Shown one piece after another: positions 10,331 through 19,609 of a DNA stretch of 64,000 nt (its first letter is position 1; each line of letters starts with the position of its first letter). A program made the translations under genes and the position numbers. Source of the stretch: Smithellaceae bacterium (GTDB taxonomy: Bacteria > Desulfobacterota > Syntrophia > Syntrophales > Smithellaceae). The DNA lies in NCBI GenBank assembly GCA_963667845.2, contig CAXXVL010000001.1, positions 480,001 to 544,000 of the forward strand, given 5' to 3'. Below the pieces are notes generated by a model that saw only the letters and a program-made list of their open reading frames with translations, searched no databases and was not told where the DNA came from.

Positions 10331-12265
10331 TTATTTTTCGCTCAGGACGTTCAATGCCCCGCCGGCCAGGATGATTTGCTTTTGTCTTGACGACAGGGTG
10401 CAGCGGACCGCAAAGGAGGTTTCTTTGGTCCGGTTCTTTACGATCAGGTCTTTTCCTTCCAACACGGCGTCCCGGGCCCCGGCGATTTCCAGCTCATCAG
10501 CCTGGTCAATGGCGTCATAGTCCTGCTCGTGAATAAACGTCAGCGGCAGGATGCCGAAGTTGATGAGATTGGCCGCGTGGATTCTCTCCAGCGATTTGGC
10601 GATGACGGCGCGCACGCCCAGGTACATGGGGCAGATGGCGGCATGTTCGCGCGACGATCCCTGGCCGTAAGACAGGCCGGCGACAATGATATTGTGCCTC
10701 CCGGCATTTTTGAGCGCAAGCGCCCGCTTCGCAAAGGAAGGGTCCACATTTTCAAAAACGAATTCTGAATATTTGGGAATGTTCGAACGGTACTTCATCC
10801 GCGCCCCGGCGGGGATAATATGATCGGTGGTGATTTTATCACCGACCTTAATGGTAACCGTGCCGGAAATTGTATCCGGGAGCGCCGTGTTCGCAGGCGG
10901 AGCGCCGATATTCGGCCCGCGGTAAATTTCAATATTCCGGCGGGTTTTGTCGGGACGGAGGATCATGCTGTCGTCAATGCTCAAGTGCTCGGGCATCTGA
11001 ACCCGGGGATATTCCATGCCGAGGTCCCGCGGATCCGTAAACCGGCCGGTGATGGCCGCGGCCGCGGCCGTTTCGGGGCTGACGAGGTAAACGTCGGCGT
11101 CCAGTGTTCCCGAGCGCCCCAGAAAATTCCGATTGGATGTCCGAAGCGATACCGCATGCGATTGCGGGCTCTGACTGTTGCCGATGCAGAAACCGCAGGC
11201 GTTTTCCATCAGCCGCGCGCCGGCGGCCAGGAGGTCCGCCAGATAACCCTCGCGGGCCAGCGTCTCCAGAACCTGTCTTGAGCCCGGCGCCAAGATGAAA
11301 CTGACACCGGGATGCGCCACGCGTCCTTTGAGGATTTTGGCGACCGTCACTAAATCCTTGTAGGAGGAATTGGTGCAGCTCCCCAGGCAGACCTGATCCA
11401 CCGCGATGCCGCCCACCGAGCGGACGGTGCCGATGTTGTCGGGGCTGTGCGGTTTGGCGGTGAGTGGTTCTAATTGCGATAGATCGATATTTATGGTTTT
11501 TTTGTAAACCGCGTCGGCATCCGCCGTCAGCTCCACATAATCTTCTTCTCTTTGCTGGGACCGGAGAAACTGCCCCGTGAGCTCATCGCTGGGGAAGAGA
11601 GAGGTGGTCACGCCGCATTCCGCGCCCATATTGGTGATGGTGGCCCGCTCCGGGACACTGAGCGAGGCAATTCCTTCACCGCCGTATTCAAAGACGGTTC
11701 CCACGTTGCCCTTTGTTGTGAAAATCTCGAGAACCTTGAGGATGACATCCTTGGCGGAAACCCAGGGCTTGAGACGTCCCTGAAGGTTGATTTTAACGAC
11801 GGACGGGCAGGTAAGATAAAACGGCTCTCCCGCCATGGCCTGCGCGACGTCGAGACCGCCGGCGCCGATCGCCAGCATGCCGAGCGCGCCCGAGGTCGGC
11901 GTGTGGCTGTCCGAGCCGATCAGTGTTTTGCCGGGTTTCCCGAACCTCTCCAGATGCACCTGGTGGCAGATGCCGTTTCCCGCGCGTGACAACACGACGC
12001 CGTATTTCTGCGCGACGCTCTGCAGATAGCGGTGATCATCTGCATTTTCGAAACCGATTTGAATCGTATTGTGATCAATATAACTGACGGACAGCTCCGT
12101 TTTTACTTCCGGGGTATTCATGGCTTCGAATTGGAGATAAGCCATGGTTCCCGTGGCGTCCTGCGTAAGGGTTTGATCGATGCGGATGCCGATTTCCTCG
12201 CCCGGCACGAGGTTTCCTGAAACCAGATGCGCGGCGAGAATCTTTTCAACAATGTTCTTTCCCAT
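10331..12265 (-). CDS. Aconitate hydratase (short single-chain type)
   Basis: QDATG, GSDSHT, GSCTNSS, CGFCIG, ITTDHI, YGQGSSREHA; adjacent to icd. Confidence 0.93.
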   Translation of the reverse strand: MGKNIVEKILAAHLVSGNLVPGEEIGIRIDQTLTQDATGTMAYLQFEAMNTPEVKTELSVSYIDHNTIQIGFENADDHRYLQSVAQKYGVVLSRAGNGICHQVHLERFGKPGKTLIGSDSHTPTSGALGMLAIGAGGLDVAQAMAGEPFYLTCPSVVKINLQGRLKPWVSAKDVILKVLEIFTTKGNVGTVFEYGGEGIASLSVPERATITNMGAECGVTTSLFPSDELTGQFLRSQQREEDYVELTADADAVYKKTINIDLSQLEPLTAKPHSPDNIGTVRSVGGIAVDQVCLGSCTNSSYKDLVTVAKILKGRVAHPGVSFILAPGSRQVLETLAREGYLADLLAAGARLMENACGFCIGNSQSPQSHAVSLRTSNRNFLGRSGTLDADVYLVSPETAAAAAITGRFTDPRDLGMEYPRVQMPEHLSIDDSMILRPDKTRRNIEIYRGPNIGAPPANTALPDTISGTVTIKVGDKITTDHIIPAGARMKYRSNIPKYSEFVFENVDPSFAKRALALKNAGRHNIIVAGLSYGQGSSREHAAICPMYLGVRAVIAKSLERIHAANLINFGILPLTFIHEQDYDAIDQADELEIAGARDAVLEGKDLIVKNRTKETSFAVRCTLSSRQKQIILAGGALNVLSEK

Positions 12266-12299
12266 CTAATCCTTTTTCCTGTTATTCGTTGATAATCTT

Positions 12300-12608
12300 T
12301 AGCAGGCTGTTGAAAAAGGCTCGTAACCTGAAGGTCACGCGTACCATGAAGGGCACGCGTCTGCGGTTTATGACCTTTAGGTTACGTTACGCTTCGGCTC
12401 TCGCTCTCACTTCCCTCTAAAGTACGCTGCGCTGCTCGATCCTCCCCTCGGCTACGCTCGGGACAAGCGCGATGCCTTGCAGCTAAACCTTTTGTTTCGC
12501 CTTCGGCCAGAACCGGCAGGGAAGCGGCTTTAGGCATGATTTCGCCTCCCTCCGGGAACGCGCCCCCGGCGAACAGCCTGCAAAGCAGCGTTTTTCAACA
12601 CCCTTTTA
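12300..12608. mobile_element. MITE-like non-coding element with imperfect terminal inverted repeats
   Basis: Left end TAGCAGGCTGTTGAAAAA (12300-12317); right end TTTTTCAACACCCTTTTA (12591-12608); 15/18 complementary; internal hairpins; no ORF. Confidence 0.65.
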
Positions 12609-12618
12609 GAGCCTGCCG

Positions 12619-13362
12619 CTAATCTTTCGGCAGCAGGATAATCGCTATCCGGCGGTTCTTGGCGCGTCCCTCCGGGGTGGAGTTATCCGCGACCGGCTGA
12701 TATTCTCCGAAAGCCGTTGCCGACAGAATCGTCGGATCGATGCCCTGATCCTGCAGGTACTTCGACACATTAATGGCGCGGGCCGCTGAAAGTTCCCAGT
12801 TCGTGGGATAGATTCTGGCCAGCCGGCTGGTAATTTTAACGTTGTCCGTGTGGCCTTCCACACGGATATTTTTATCCTTTACCGTCTTCAAAATTTCCAC
12901 CACGCGGCCCAGGACCGCAAGGCCTTCTTTCTTGACCTTGGCCTCGCCGGAGGCGAAGAGAATTTTATCGACCACGTCCATGGTCAATTTACCTTTGAGT
13001 TCCTTGATGGTAATTTGTCCCTCGGCGATTTCGCCCTTCATTTCTTTCAGAAGCTGCTGATAGGTGTTGCTGGCTTTTTCCACCTCTTGCGTTTTCCTGC
13101 TGACGCGGGCCAGGTCGTCTTTCAATTTGCCGTTGTCTTCGGAGAGCGTTGTCACCTGTTTGGTGAGCTCGTCATTTTGTGTGTTGAGCGCTTTCACCTG
13201 GTCCGTCAACCCTTTGTTTTCCGTGTCCAGGGAGGCCACTTGCCGGGTCAGTTGATCGGCCTCATCGGCTTTTTTCATGTATTTGCTTTCCGCGACCAGG
13301 CAGCCGCTCGCTAATAAAGCCATCAGTAAAATGCTTAAAAAGATAGATGCTGTTCTTCTCAT
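12619..13362 (-). CDS. OmpA/MotB-family peptidoglycan-binding lipoprotein with coiled coil
   Basis: RBS AAGGAGG before ATG 13362; lipobox-like LASGC; heptad region; VEGHTD, NWELSAARA, GRAKNRRI. Confidence 0.9.
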   Translation of the reverse strand: MRRTASIFLSILLMALLASGCLVAESKYMKKADEADQLTRQVASLDTENKGLTDQVKALNTQNDELTKQVTTLSEDNGKLKDDLARVSRKTQEVEKASNTYQQLLKEMKGEIAEGQITIKELKGKLTMDVVDKILFASGEAKVKKEGLAVLGRVVEILKTVKDKNIRVEGHTDNVKITSRLARIYPTNWELSAARAINVSKYLQDQGIDPTILSATAFGEYQPVADNSTPEGRAKNRRIAIILLPKD

Positions 13363-13475
13363 AAGTTCCTCCTTATTCAAATCGTCGCGTTAATCTTTTT
13401 ATGTGTTAACGAACAGACCGGCAAGGTTGATTTTATATAATAAACGGGCGGGATAATCAACGGTAAAAAGGATGC

Positions 13476-13503
13476 AAAAAAAGGGGCGTTGAGGCCCCTT
13501 TTT
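13476..13503. terminator. Intrinsic terminator hairpin (bidirectional appearance) after the LysM/NlpC gene
   Basis: AAAAAGGGGC-GTTGAG-GCCCCTTTTT. Confidence 0.75.
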
Positions 13504-13535
13504 GAAGACAGGATTGGAAAAGATGGGGCCAGAAA

Positions 13536-14471
13536 CTACGTGCCGTCGTTGTTTCCTTCCAGGCCTTTGACGCGAACGGCCCGCTGAAATCTTTTTTGAA
13601 AATAAGGCTGGTCCAGGTTGTCGATCCGAACTGATTTTCCCCGGTAGGATGCGTGAACGAATTCGTTATTTCCGATATAAATACCGACGTGACCGATCGG
13701 CTTTCGGGTCTTGAAAAAAACGAGATCGCCTTCTTCCAGGTGACCCCGGTCTATACGGACACCGACTGCCGATTGTTCACGGGCGGTGCGCGGCAGAGAG
13801 ATGTCGAAGAAGGAGTACATTTTCCGGACGAAGGCCGAACAATCGATGCCTTTAACGGTTGCGCCGCCTAAGCGATAGGGCGCACCCAGGAAACCGGTCG
13901 CGACTTTAATAAACAATTTTCTTTCGTCCGCACTGCCCCATTTGCCCAGAAGCTCATCGTTCGATTTTTCGTCGAAGGCGACATCGCCTGCCGTGTCGGA
14001 CGATGCGATATCCTCTTCATCGTCCAGTGATTCCTCTTCATCGGCGGACGCCTGAACGACGCTCGGCGGCACCGACAGGATGAGGCTGCGGCCCACGCGC
14101 AGGTTTTTTGAATGAATATCATTGAGTGCGGCGATTTGCTTTGCGGGAACACCCGTCTTTTTCGAAATCCTGGCAAGCGTATCGCCCTTTTTAACCGTAT
14201 AATGATCAACCGATTGCGTTTTTGATTTTACACGGGCGCGAGCGGGTGAACCCGTTTGATTGATGGACAGGATCTGCCCCGGTTTTAATTTATTGCCTGC
14301 AAGATGATTTGCTTTCTTGATTTCGTCAACAGGGATACCGAGTTGTTTGGAAATGGTGTACAGGCTGTCGCCTTTTTTCACCTTGTATGATCCGGCATAA
14401 CCGTTGATCGTAAGGCAAAACAGCAAAAGAAAAACTGACAAGCCTAAAAATACTATTCGCCGTTTCATCAT
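13536..14471 (-). CDS. LysM-LysM-NlpC/P60 cell-wall endopeptidase
   Basis: RBS AAGGAGGT before ATG 14471; signal peptide; two YxVKKGD LysM repeats; GIDCSAFV, HVGIYIG, FVHAS. Confidence 0.93.
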   Translation of the reverse strand: MMKRRIVFLGLSVFLLLFCLTINGYAGSYKVKKGDSLYTISKQLGIPVDEIKKANHLAGNKLKPGQILSINQTGSPARARVKSKTQSVDHYTVKKGDTLARISKKTGVPAKQIAALNDIHSKNLRVGRSLILSVPPSVVQASADEEESLDDEEDIASSDTAGDVAFDEKSNDELLGKWGSADERKLFIKVATGFLGAPYRLGGATVKGIDCSAFVRKMYSFFDISLPRTAREQSAVGVRIDRGHLEEGDLVFFKTRKPIGHVGIYIGNNEFVHASYRGKSVRIDNLDQPYFQKRFQRAVRVKGLEGNNDGT

Positions 14472-14722
14472 GAAGTACCTCCTTCTTTTCGCGGGGGGTC
14501 CCATTTTGTTAACGGTGCACAGAAGATTCGCAATTGCTGCGAATGCAGAGATATCAGGGGTGTTATTACTGCACACAGAAAACGAAGGTCAATCTCAAGC
14601 AACGTTCCACAACTTCGTACGGCTACCCATACTAAAAATAGGAAGGCCTGTCAAATTTATTTTGCATTATTTTGCAAGGAGGGATAGGAAACGTCATTCG
14701 AAAAAAGGAACAATTTATAGAA

Positions 14723-15592
14723 ATGAAACGCATAAAAAAAATAATATTATTGAGTCTCTTGATCCTGATTGCATACCTCGCCCTGGATATCGGCCGTTAC
14801 TTCTTTTATCCGAATGTTGCGGATCTCGAGAAAGATCGACCCGGCAAAACCGCTTTTATGGAGTATCGGGAGGACATCTGGCAGGCCAAAGGCATCAAGA
14901 AGAAGATTTCAACGTCCTGGGTGCCGATGTCCCAGATATCGCCCTACGTCGTGAAAGCCGTGATTATCGCCGAGGATGACAAATTCTGGTCGCATGAGGG
15001 CTTTGATTTCGAGGCCATACAGAAAGCCCTGGAAAAAGACATCAAGAAAAAAACATTTAAGGCGGGAGGCAGTACGATATCACAGCAGCTCGCCAAAAAC
15101 CTATACCTGTCGCCGGCCAAGAATCCGATTCGCAAAGTCAAGGAAGCCATCCTGACCTGGCGCATTGAGCGGCAGTTGAGCAAGAGAAGAATCATGGAGC
15201 TTTACTTGAATGTTGCCGAATGGGGAGATGGCATGTTCGGCGTGGGAAATGCCGCCCGCAGATATTACGGAAAATCCGCCGGCAGCCTCGGCGCTCGCGA
15301 AGCTGCGGAGCTTGCGGCCGCGCTGCCCAATCCGCGGCGATTTAATCCCGACAATAATTCCCGCTATGCAGCCAGCCGTGCGGAACGGATCTATCAAATC
15401 ATGGTGCGACGCGGCATCGTCATTGAAGAATATAATGAAGTCATTGACCAGCAAAATGATGCCGGCGAAGAAAAAAAGGATGAGACAAACAAACCCGTTG
15501 AAAATCCCGCGGGTGATTTACCCGCGGGCAATACGATGTTTCAGGGTTTGCCCAAAGAAGAACCGCCCGGACCCTCTTCACCTCAGCCGTAA
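14723..15592 (+). CDS. mtgA: Monofunctional peptidoglycan transglycosylase
   Basis: AEDDKFWSHEGFD, GGSTISQQLAKNL, RKVKEA, IMELYLNVAEWG; N-terminal TM helix. Confidence 0.93.
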   Translation: MKRIKKIILLSLLILIAYLALDIGRYFFYPNVADLEKDRPGKTAFMEYREDIWQAKGIKKKISTSWVPMSQISPYVVKAVIIAEDDKFWSHEGFDFEAIQKALEKDIKKKTFKAGGSTISQQLAKNLYLSPAKNPIRKVKEAILTWRIERQLSKRRIMELYLNVAEWGDGMFGVGNAARRYYGKSAGSLGAREAAELAAALPNPRRFNPDNNSRYAASRAERIYQIMVRRGIVIEEYNEVIDQQNDAGEEKKDETNKPVENPAGDLPAGNTMFQGLPKEEPPGPSSPQP

Positions 15593-15844
15593 GAGGAAAT
15601 TCCCTGTTATCCCGGCATGCTGGAAATAATTTTGGCGCAGGGGAGGGAAGAGCCCGGCAGGTTCCCTCAAAATTTCCCGAAAATACGGCTATTTTGAATC
15701 CCGCTCACGCGGGACGAGCGTTAATTCTCCATAACTTCCTGCGAAATAGTGACGTTCACTTCATACCTCGAGAGCTTGCTGCGCGGTGGTTGAATCGCCG
15801 TTGAGCTAGTTCATTCTGCCAAGGCGCCGTCGGCTTCTCCTTAT

Positions 15845-16546
15845 CTATTCGCCTTCCGCCAATTGTTCCAGTGCTTTGGGATTCAGAATTGTAATTGTCC
15901 GACCCGCTGTGGAGAGGATGCCGTCATTGGCCATCTTTCTTAAGCTGCGGGAAAGGGCTTCCGGGGTGGCTCCCAGAATCTTGGCCAGTTCCCTCTGTGA
16001 AAGCGTCAGTTCCACTGTGGTTTTTGCCGCAGCGGTATTTCGGAGGGACTCATGTCGCAGGAACGATGCCAGCCGTCCGGGGATTTCTTTTAAGGCGAGG
16101 GATTCGATGAGGGTCATGGAATCCTTGAGCCGTTGGGATAATATCTGAATGATGTTGAGCAGGAGCGCCGGTTCTTGTCTGGCGACTTCTTCCATCAAGG
16201 TGCCCGGGATTAAAAGAACGGAACTTTCAACAATTGCCATGGCGCTTGCCGGAAAGGAATCCGTTGCAAATGCCGTACACAGGCCGAAAGGATCCCCAGG
16301 TCCGAGCAGTTGCAAGGTCTGTTCTTTGCCTTCCGCCGAACTTCGATAGAGTTTCAATTGCCCGGAGACAACCACATAAAATGACCGGATCGGATCAGCC
16401 TCGCCGATAACCAACTCACCGGGCTTAAACTTCTTATAGGTTGCCTGTGCCGCCAGCATGTTCAATTTTTCTGAAGAAACTCCCGCAAACAGGCTGATAT
16501 CTTGTATTTGCTTAGTGATATCCGTGTGCAAAAAATATTCTCCCAT
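15845..16546 (-). CDS. Crp/Fnr-family transcriptional regulator (no FNR-type Cys cluster)
   Basis: cNMP-binding-like domain (GQLKLYRSSAEGKEQTL) and C-terminal HTH (LSQRELAKILGATPEALSRSL). Confidence 0.93.
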   Translation of the reverse strand: MGEYFLHTDITKQIQDISLFAGVSSEKLNMLAAQATYKKFKPGELVIGEADPIRSFYVVVSGQLKLYRSSAEGKEQTLQLLGPGDPFGLCTAFATDSFPASAMAIVESSVLLIPGTLMEEVARQEPALLLNIIQILSQRLKDSMTLIESLALKEIPGRLASFLRHESLRNTAAAKTTVELTLSQRELAKILGATPEALSRSLRKMANDGILSTAGRTITILNPKALEQLAEGE

Positions 16547-16547
16547 G

Positions 16548-16561
16548 TTGATTTAGATCAA
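16548..16561. promoter_or_regulatory. Perfect FNR/Dnr-type box TTGAT-N4-ATCAA
   Basis: TTGAT-TTAG-ATCAA between the divergent Crp/Fnr gene and thioredoxin. Confidence 0.85.
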
Positions 16562-16667
16562 TGAAACTTTAATAATCCGAGTGTATTCATTAAACCGAAA
16601 GCCGGTAGTTTTTTACCGCAGACATTAAAGAGAAACAATACAAATTATCAATAAGGAGATCAAAAAA

Positions 16668-17003
16668 ATGAGTAAAGAAGAATTTGTGAAACACGCGGAT
16701 GATAATAATTTCGGTACGATGGTACTAAAAGAAGAAAAACCGACCCTGGTGGATTTCTGGGCGCCCTGGTGCGGACCCTGCAGGGCAATCGGCCCCGTTC
16801 TGGAGGAACTCGCGGCCCAGTATGGTGAGAAGGTCAACATCGTCAAAGTGAATGTGGATGAAAATCCGGCAACGGCCGCCCAATATGGCGTGCGGAGCAT
16901 TCCCACACTGCTGCTCGTTAAAGGCGGCAAGGTGCAGGAGACCCAAATCGGCTCGTTATCCAAGATTCAGCTGGCGGCGCTGCTGGACAGGAATTTGAAC
17001 TGA
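16668..17003 (+). CDS. trxA: Thioredoxin
   Basis: VDFWAPWCGPC, YGVRSIPTL; RBS AAGGAG. Confidence 0.97.
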   Translation: MSKEEFVKHADDNNFGTMVLKEEKPTLVDFWAPWCGPCRAIGPVLEELAAQYGEKVNIVKVNVDENPATAAQYGVRSIPTLLLVKGGKVQETQIGSLSKIQLAALLDRNLN

Positions 17004-17060
17004 TCGGCAAACAGGGAGGCGACTATCCCCCTCCCTGCATTTAAAAGAAGGAAATTAAAA

Positions 17061-17240
17061 ATGAACGATGTATTGATTTTGCTTTTGATCCTTGGCGTAT
17101 GGGTTATTGCGCAAACCTGGTTATTGCCGCGCCTGGGGATCTCTACCTGAGTGAGGCAGGCTTGTCCGGTCAAGGACAAGGAGAAACCGCAGGCACAAGG
17201 CAATCAGAAAAGCGATTCGGAAATCCTGATAAAGAAATAA
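17061..17240 (+). CDS. Candidate 59-aa membrane-anchored selenoprotein (in-frame TGA 17148-17150); not in the ORF track
   Basis: MNDVLILLLILGVWVIAQTWLLPRLGIST-(TGA)-VRQACPVKDKEKPQAQGNQKSDSEILIKK-TAA; RBS AAGAAGGA; hairpin CTTGTCC-GGTCAA-GGACAAG begins 10 nt after the TGA. Confidence 0.7.
17161..17180 (+). other. Putative bacterial SECIS element
   Basis: Perfect 7-bp stem with a G-initiated 6-nt loop; the loop starts 17 nt after an in-frame UGA. Confidence 0.65.
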
Positions 17241-17438
17241 CAACAGTTTATGAAAACGCCGGGTTCATTTTACGTTTAAAAACGGGAATGAACCCGGCGT
17301 AATTGTTATTCCCTGAAATATTTTTTGTACAAACACCAGAACCTGCTTTCCAAAATATGTCATGGAAGAGGGAACCTTTGATATCCTTTGCCGGAAAAGC
17401 TGTATGAATAAATGTACCTGTCCTTTTTTTTTCTAAGA

Positions 17439-17458
17439 GGTGGCAGTTGCAGCGGGGC
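17439..17458. repeat. Dispersed 20-mer GGTGGCAGTTGCAGCGGGGC, copy 1 of 3
   Basis: Identical copies at 57151-57170 and 61837-61856. Confidence 0.85.
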
Positions 17459-17583
17459 ATGCCTTCGTCCTGATTTTTTTCACAACAGATTTTTCTCCGA
17501 ACGTTTTGAGGGCCTGCTGATTGTAACCCATAACAAGTTGCTCGAAGTACCCGGCGCTTCATCATCAAGTCCTGTCCGATGGA

Positions 17584-19338
17584 TCAATAAACCGCCATAT
17601 ATATTTTGACCTGCTTATAGTTAGCATCGAATACCATTTTTTTCATCATTTCGGCTGCCCATGGCTCCCATTTTGTGCCCAAGGTTTTGTTGTTGGGATC
17701 TCCGGTACGGGCAAATGCCGCAATGCTTTTCTGCATCGCATTGGAAAGAAGCTTCCGGCCGGGTTCATTGGCTTTGCTCCAGCCGAAGCAATTAAGGTTT
17801 TTATTAAAATTACCAAAGACAAACGGTAAATCTCCCGTGTGCCATGCACCATAGACGACGTCCCACGGTGACGGCTGTTGGGCCCATCTGAAGTCGTATG
17901 CATAAATCGGAACCTGCGGATAAAAAGCTTTAATCGTGTTATTGATGAGTCCCAAAAAAACAGCGGTAGAGATGATTGGCCCCGGTGTAATCTTGTTGGC
18001 GTTGTTATATACCCAAGTGTTGTAGTTGCCCTCCGTCAGCGGATTGATGACGGTATCATCTATAATATCACTCATCTTGAATGTGCCGGGTTTATCGGGA
18101 TCGGCATTCACCATCCAGCCGAACCGGGTAAAGTCGTCGGTCTTGCAGGCTGGGGTTATAAATAGTTTGCCTTCTTCTGCTGTCGCTCCCGCCAGCAAGG
18201 GCACCTTGTTGAATTTTCCTTCTTTGATTGCCGCCATCATATCGGCGGGCAGTACGGTGCCATCCTCGATGTCCGCAACGGCATTCCACAATATTGCGGT
18301 TGATGATCCCGGTTCAAAAGCGCGCGAGCCGGTCCCCCACTTTCCGCCTTTCAGATCAACCTGAATGTTCATCAGATCGGCGGCACTCTTGGACATCAGG
18401 TAATTCTTTATCCAATCGTTGCTTTGAGCCGTTCGGTAATCGTCGGCAGAAGCCTTATCGCTGGCAAGGCCATCCTTGATCAGAAGAGCGTTGATGACAG
18501 CGTTGGCTTTTGCCACCGCTGCCGCGGGTTTGGCCCCGCCGGCGCCGCCGCTCAAGGGGATAGCTTTATGAAAAAGACCGGCAGCGAGCGGTGAAGTTAT
18601 TAGCGCATAAACATTCCAGCCACCGGCAGATTGTCCCATAATCGTAATATTGCCTGGATCGCCGCCAAAATTAGCGATGTTGTTCTTTATAAATTTCAGG
18701 GACTGAATCAAATCCAGCAGAGCATAATTGCCGGAGTCAGCCAGCGCATCGCCTGTCTTTAATGCCGGGTGGGAAAACCAGCCCAGGTGGCCCAGCCGAT
18801 AGGCAACGCTAACAACAATAAGATTGCCGTTTACGGCCAGATTATTGCCGATATATTCCGGATCATAAGATACGCCTACAACATTGGATCCGCCATGAAT
18901 CCAGACAACGACAGGCAATTTCTGCTCGGCAGTTGCCGGACGCCAGATATTCAGATAAAGACAATCTTCGGAGCCGACCGGTTTAAAGAAAGTTTGCGAC
19001 AATGTATTGAAAAGTTTTCCTTTCTCCGTCGGGCCAAACATTCCGCCTACCTGCGTGCACGCATCGCAATAATCCTTGGTGGGTTTGACACCGGTCCACG
19101 CTTCCGGAGCTTGCGGCGGCTGCCAACGGAGAGTGCCTAGCGGAGGTTTGGCGAAAGGGACACCGAGCCAGGCCAGTGATTTCCCGTCTTTGTCCACCAG
19201 ACCTTCGATCTGCCCGTATTCTGTCGCCCGAACTACAGATTTTGCAGAATTTGTCGCTGCAAAACCGACAGCCGTCGACAGAGACATCAGGATGGCGGCG
19301 CTAAACATGACGATAAATCTCGTAAATCTATTTTTCAT
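17584..19338 (-). CDS. Secreted type-B carboxylesterase
   Basis: Signal peptide; WLGVPFAKPP, GSEDCLYLNIW, WIHGGS, FGGDPGNITIMGQSAGG, HTGDLPFVFG; RBS GGAGG before ATG 19338. Confidence 0.93.
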   Translation of the reverse strand: MKNRFTRFIVMFSAAILMSLSTAVGFAATNSAKSVVRATEYGQIEGLVDKDGKSLAWLGVPFAKPPLGTLRWQPPQAPEAWTGVKPTKDYCDACTQVGGMFGPTEKGKLFNTLSQTFFKPVGSEDCLYLNIWRPATAEQKLPVVVWIHGGSNVVGVSYDPEYIGNNLAVNGNLIVVSVAYRLGHLGWFSHPALKTGDALADSGNYALLDLIQSLKFIKNNIANFGGDPGNITIMGQSAGGWNVYALITSPLAAGLFHKAIPLSGGAGGAKPAAAVAKANAVINALLIKDGLASDKASADDYRTAQSNDWIKNYLMSKSAADLMNIQVDLKGGKWGTGSRAFEPGSSTAILWNAVADIEDGTVLPADMMAAIKEGKFNKVPLLAGATAEEGKLFITPACKTDDFTRFGWMVNADPDKPGTFKMSDIIDDTVINPLTEGNYNTWVYNNANKITPGPIISTAVFLGLINNTIKAFYPQVPIYAYDFRWAQQPSPWDVVYGAWHTGDLPFVFGNFNKNLNCFGWSKANEPGRKLLSNAMQKSIAAFARTGDPNNKTLGTKWEPWAAEMMKKMVFDANYKQVKIYMAVY

Positions 19339-19516
19339 TACATCCTCCTTCTTCAAAAATGATTATGTGTATGTTTTCCGGTAATAACAACCTGTACGCT
19401 GTCCTCCCTTCTTACTTTATCGGTCTCCCAGCAACCCCAACCTAGATCGCTTTCATTGGTGACAACAGCGGAGGGCGTCTGGCGGCGGTCCGAATGAATA
19501 CCCCCTGACCTTCTGC

Positions 19517-19543
19517 TTGACAGGCCCTGACAATTTCTATAAT
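19517..19543 (+). promoter_or_regulatory. Possible sigma70 promoter for the CoA ligase gene
   Basis: TTGACA and TATAAT are both consensus, but the spacer is only 15 nt. Confidence 0.4.
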
Positions 19544-19609
19544 CATTCTTCAAAAAATTCTACCTATTCATCGCGAGGCATCGCGTTTGCAGACCAAAAG
19601 GAATGAACC

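Noticed and set aside
17099..17302. 67-aa ORF from the track overlapping the selenopeptide candidate
   Set aside because: No RBS and no features; the frame starting at 17061 has an RBS, a TM helix and a correctly placed hairpin.
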